Under the pieces are notes generated by a model. It had not been told where the DNA came from. It made no database searches and saw nothing but the letters and a program-made list of their open reading frames with translations. From contig MU058221.1 of assembly GCA_013265495.1 (NCBI GenBank), forward strand, positions 434,001 through 498,000: DNA of 64,000 nucleotides, in the 5' to 3' direction. Below, one piece after another: positions 59,791 through 64,000 of the stretch (its first letter is position 1; each line of letters starts with the position of its first letter). The position numbers and the translations under genes are program-made. The DNA comes from Vicugna vicugna (lineage: Eukaryota).

Positions 59791-62599
59791 TCTGATTTGT
59801 TGAGGTGGTAGATGCTCTGTAATTATTCTTATCAACCAGAATTATCACCTTAATTTCAAATTCTATTCAAATTTCAAAGTTCATTTGAATTTTCTAATAG
59901 CTTTTTCTGAATTTTACCTTGCTTTTAGTGTTTTATCTTTAATAATATTTATTTTGTTCAGCTCTTTTTCTTTCGCTGCTCTAGAGAAATAATGTTCAAG
60001 TTTTTGCATCTGATGTCTGGCTGCCATGTCCAAAGAGTAATTTTTTTTAATGAGTTGTTGATTAAGTCAATAGCTTAAAATTTTTTTGATGCTTAGTTAT
60101 TTTATTTGACAATCCTGCTTTCTCCTTTTTAAGAGAAAGAATGTGAAACTAAATTCTTCAATTAAGGCATGTCAAGAACCTAATTTCAACAACAATTTTT
60201 CTTAAGGATGCATGTGTACTTAAACACCCTATGCTAATGCTTCCATTTTAACTCAGAATAGAATGGCAACATCAAACAGGCAAAAACGAACCTGAAATTT
60301 AATCTAAAATTGAATTTGAAATAGACTATTTTTCTTTTCATGGAGGGGAGTTTGGATATTTGATCTTTGCTTTGGTTGGCTTAACTGTGCAACTGATGTG
60401 AAATTAATAATATTACCTTAATCATCATTTTACTCAGCTGTTGATAAACTAAGGCTTTGATTTTAGTTCTGAACATATTTTAACCACAAACCTCTTAGCT
60501 GGAAGCTGCTTAGATTGAGAAACCAGATACTGGCGCTGAGGAAGAAATATTTTCACTCAGAGTAAAGGTAAGGCTTCTTACGTGTATGGTCTTAAGGAGA
60601 AAAGAAATGAGACAGTCTGACAGAAGAGAAGTGAGAGGCGCCTTTGCTTGAACTGTGGCTTTTACTTCCAGTGGGATTAAAGGGAAAAACAACCGCCACT
60701 TCTTTTCATATTTCCATTATTCTTCAAGATTGTTAGTGTTTGGTGTTTGATTTGGGTGCGTTTAGGAAATGGAGGTGATGAAGACAGGCTAGAAGCCTGG
60801 CAGCAGGCACGTAACAATAATCTGACACTGTGTGAAGTAAGCAGAAGGCCGAGGTGACTGACGATCGGGTAGCAAGGCGGCAGGTGGCCAAGGACCCAAC
60901 TTCACGCTGAGCAGCGGCCCCCCAGCAATCTCGGTGGGCGTTTAGGTGACGTAGTAGAAGAATTACCCTTGCTTTCTGTCTTTCTTTTTTTCTTTCATGT
61001 GGGAGAAGAAAAGAGACAAATGAAAGAGGAGGACGGGAAGAGAGGGAGGAAGAAGGCAGAGAATGAGACTGAGGCAGAAGGACTGCAAAGGCAGCAGGCA
61101 AGAACTTGCAATCCCGGCTGCCGGGCATTGTGTTCTGAGACCTGTGCTCAGATGGGTGACTGCAGGGGTGTTTGCGGAGCCACCGCCTTTAATGTCAAGA
61201 GGGAAGAAGATCTGAGGTCATTTGCGTGTGAATGTCCCACCCAGGATCAATGAATAGAGACAACTGCAGTCCACACACGAAAGCAAGCTACAAACTGAGC
61301 CTCTCAGGGTTGGATTTCATCATCCCACCACACCAGCTCAACAGTTTCATGCTGATAAATCCAAGGTTCACGACTGTGCAGGCCGCACAGCGAGCCGTCC
61401 AGCCCTGCGGGGTTGTTAGAATCCAGGTCTCATGATTCCAATGCAATCGTGTCTTTAGTTCATGGATGATGACTTCCACAAATTAAAATTTTAAATGGGG
61501 AAGAGCCAGAACCTCACAAGTGAAGTGAGAACAAAAGATTTTTACCTCCTCACCATCTTAATGTCCTACTTGACACATTCTAACAACATGATTAAGCACG
61601 ATTTATGTAATGATCAAAAGTGGCTTCAGAAGTCAAAGATGAGTATAGGGTCTTGTCAATGTTAATGATACTTTCTTTAGAATGTTTCATGACCGTATTT
61701 CCTCAGACTCAGTTAATAATTTTTTCATATGTTAATGCACACTGAAAATGTATGCTTTAACAAAATAAACACTTGAAGGCAATACAGAAAAGATCTAAAA
61801 TTATATGTATCAGAAAACAACTGCATATACATAATACACAAAAATAAAGAATGTCATGTTCCTGAAGGACAAAAGCAGCCAACTAAACTTTTCAAAATTC
61901 ATACATATTAACAACAACAACAAATACAGCTCACCATGACCCATACCTGATACGTTACTGGTAGAAAGATAACGCTGCAGAGGAGAATTTATATAGAACT
62001 ATTGCAGTAAATGCCTTGAGCAGAGCCAGCTCTGACTCGTATGCCAAGAAGAGGGTTAGGCAGAGCTGGGACAAGAAGAGGGCTCAGGAGCCCAGCAGGG
62101 GCAGAAAGCAGACAAAATCACTCCCAGAATCAGAGAAGCACGTCCCTTTGGGAAGATTCAGAACAGATCTGAGACCGATGGGTCGGAGAAATGATTACTG
62201 GCAAGGCAACGAGAAGCCTTGAAATTCCACAGGAATGAAAGTGGCAGCTTTAAGGCACCACTTCAGGGGACAAGGAAGGATGAAGTCAAAGGACGCGGCA
62301 TCGTTCAAAGTCTTGTTGGTGAAGGAAAAGAAGGAAACTAAAGATCCTACAAAACAAAAAGTATCACAAAGTCAAAGGACATGCCAATCCCTTTTCAGCA
62401 ACGCTTCACCAAGAGGTTTGAAGAATAAAACAAAACAAAACAAAAACTACTTAATAGAACAACTACGGAGGTTCCTGAAGAAATGCCGTGAACCAGCTCA
62501 GCCAGTTCCTTCTGCCTGGAAAGCATCACCTGTTATTGCTTGTCCAGAAAATGAAATGATAGTTTACATTTTCCCAGAGCACATAAAATAGAATAACAT

Positions 62600-64000
62600 C
62601 TAGAGTCTTTATATGAAGCAAAATTAACGTTAATACCTAAACATATACATGCACACTTAAATAAAATTACCAGCCTCTTGCATACTTATGCATATTTACG
62701 CAAAATTCCTAAATAAAATATTAACAGAAACTTCTCCCATGTTAAAAATATGCATCACGGTCAAGCAGGATTTGTCCTAAAAATGTAAGAATAGTTTAAT
62801 ATTCATAAGTACTTTGGTGTAATTTACTGGATTAATAGATCCAAATAGAAAAATAAATGATTACCTCTGTATATGCTGGAAAGGGCTTTCGTAAAGTCAA
62901 TACCTACCTCTGAAAAAACACTTAATAAAATAGGAGTTGGAGGATACTTGCTTACCTACTGAAGAAGTTATGCCTCAACCCTAAGCCAACACTCTGCTTG
63001 CTGGGGACTCCAGCGGCTTTCCCCCGAGGAATGCACAAGAGGCGAGGGTGCTCAGCATCGCCGCTAACACTTGACATTGCACTGGAGGCGTTCATGAGCA
63101 CATCCAGACCAAAGATTACGCAAAAGGAACAAAACACAACAAGCCAAAAGCTAGTAGAGTTGTAGAAACTGGACAGAAAAATAAAACCACCTTTTCCAGA
63201 TGTCACGATATCATTATTGACAACCTAGGGCAGGAGACAGCGAGTTACGGCTCATGGCCTGGCCCTCTGCTTCATGGAATAAACTTTCTGTAAATAAAGT
63301 TTTGCTGCAGCACAGCCACGTGCATTCATTTACGTGTCGTCTCTGGCTGCTTTTGCACAAAACGAGAGAGTTTGTTAGTTGTGACAGGAAACTGATGGCC
63401 GAGGAGGCCTAAACTATTTATCATCAGGCTCTTTCCGAAACAGTTTGCTAGCCCTTTGCCCTAATGAATCAGGGATAAGATTAACACAAACAGTAACACT
63501 TAATTAAGTTGGCAGAATGTGAAATGACCAGCAAAAGTCAATAATCTTTGCATGTGAATAAGAAGATCTAGTTGTTCGAGAAGTCTAAGAGGAAACTCAA
63601 TTCACAAGAGCAACATAAAAAAATGAATAAACCCCAATGAATAGGACATCTAAATATAACAAGTGAGCCACATAAGGACTGGAAGAATTTTAGATGAATT
63701 AATTTATAAACTAATAATAGGAAAAGCCGTTTTAATTATGACTCAAAATCTAGATACAGAAATGGAAAATATTAATTAAGCTGACATAACAGTTCACAAA
63801 AAGCCCCACAACAAATGAGGCAAAAGTCAAAAGAGAATCAAGGGGGAAGTATTTGTAGCATTTATCACAGATGGAAAACTCATCTGTCCAAAAGTATAAA
63901 GAGCTGAAGGATGAGCAGGGGAGATGAAAAATGAAAGTAAATGCAGAATACTTTCCATTTGGTATACTGAATGGGAGAAAAAAAGTAACTTAACAGGGCT
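62600..64000 (+). mobile_element. Ancient L1M ORF2 (reverse-transcriptase region) remnant, interrupted by MER58A
   Basis: gcaaaattcctaaataaaatattaac, catcacggtcaagcaggatttgtcc, tatgctggaaagggctttcgtaaagtcaatacc, cttaataaaataggagttggagga, aacattg-like ctggagg. Confidence 0.75.
63231..63458 (+). mobile_element. MER58A (hAT-Charlie non-autonomous DNA transposon)
   Basis: tgtaaataaagttttgctgcagcacagccacgtgcattcatttacgtgtcgtctctggctgctttt...tagttgtgacagga...gcctaaactattta...agtttgc matches the recalled MER58A consensus. Confidence 0.9.

Noticed and set aside
59850..60325. Imperfect inverted similarity (ttcaaattc/gaatttgaa) suggesting a MITE
   Set aside because: Low-complexity AT-rich match that does not extend, and no TSD is visible.

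Overview
Mammalian genomic DNA with no protein-coding exon, RNA gene or CRISPR-like array that I can recognise, so probably a long intron or gene desert. All ORFs in the track look like chance ORFs or decayed transposon coding sequence. The young LINE-1 3' UTRs resemble camelid (camel/alpaca) L1 as I recall it. I saw no Alu, Bov-tA/BovB, PRE-1, CHR, ERE or Can-SINE elements, so a camelid source is my best inference. The window is a mosaic of ancient repeats: L1M, L2, MIR, MLT1 LTRs, MER58A and a near full-length Tigger1 with intact TIRs and TA TSDs. It also carries at least seven younger L1 3' fragments, several with clear target-site duplications, a CpG-rich patch at about 8.4-9.3 kb, and several repeat-free, motif-dense blocks that look like conserved enhancers. 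Three sequence-visible oddities stand out. (1) Four short L1 tails are all 5'-truncated within about 10 nt of the same point, just 3' of the G-quadruplex tract. (2) A tailless 69-bp internal L1 piece sits between 11-bp direct repeats. (3) The two Tigger1 TIRs share the same non-consensus change, which creates p53 half-sites. I found no convincing novel multi-gene system. Repeat family names come from recalled consensus sequences, and boundaries of old repeats are approximate.
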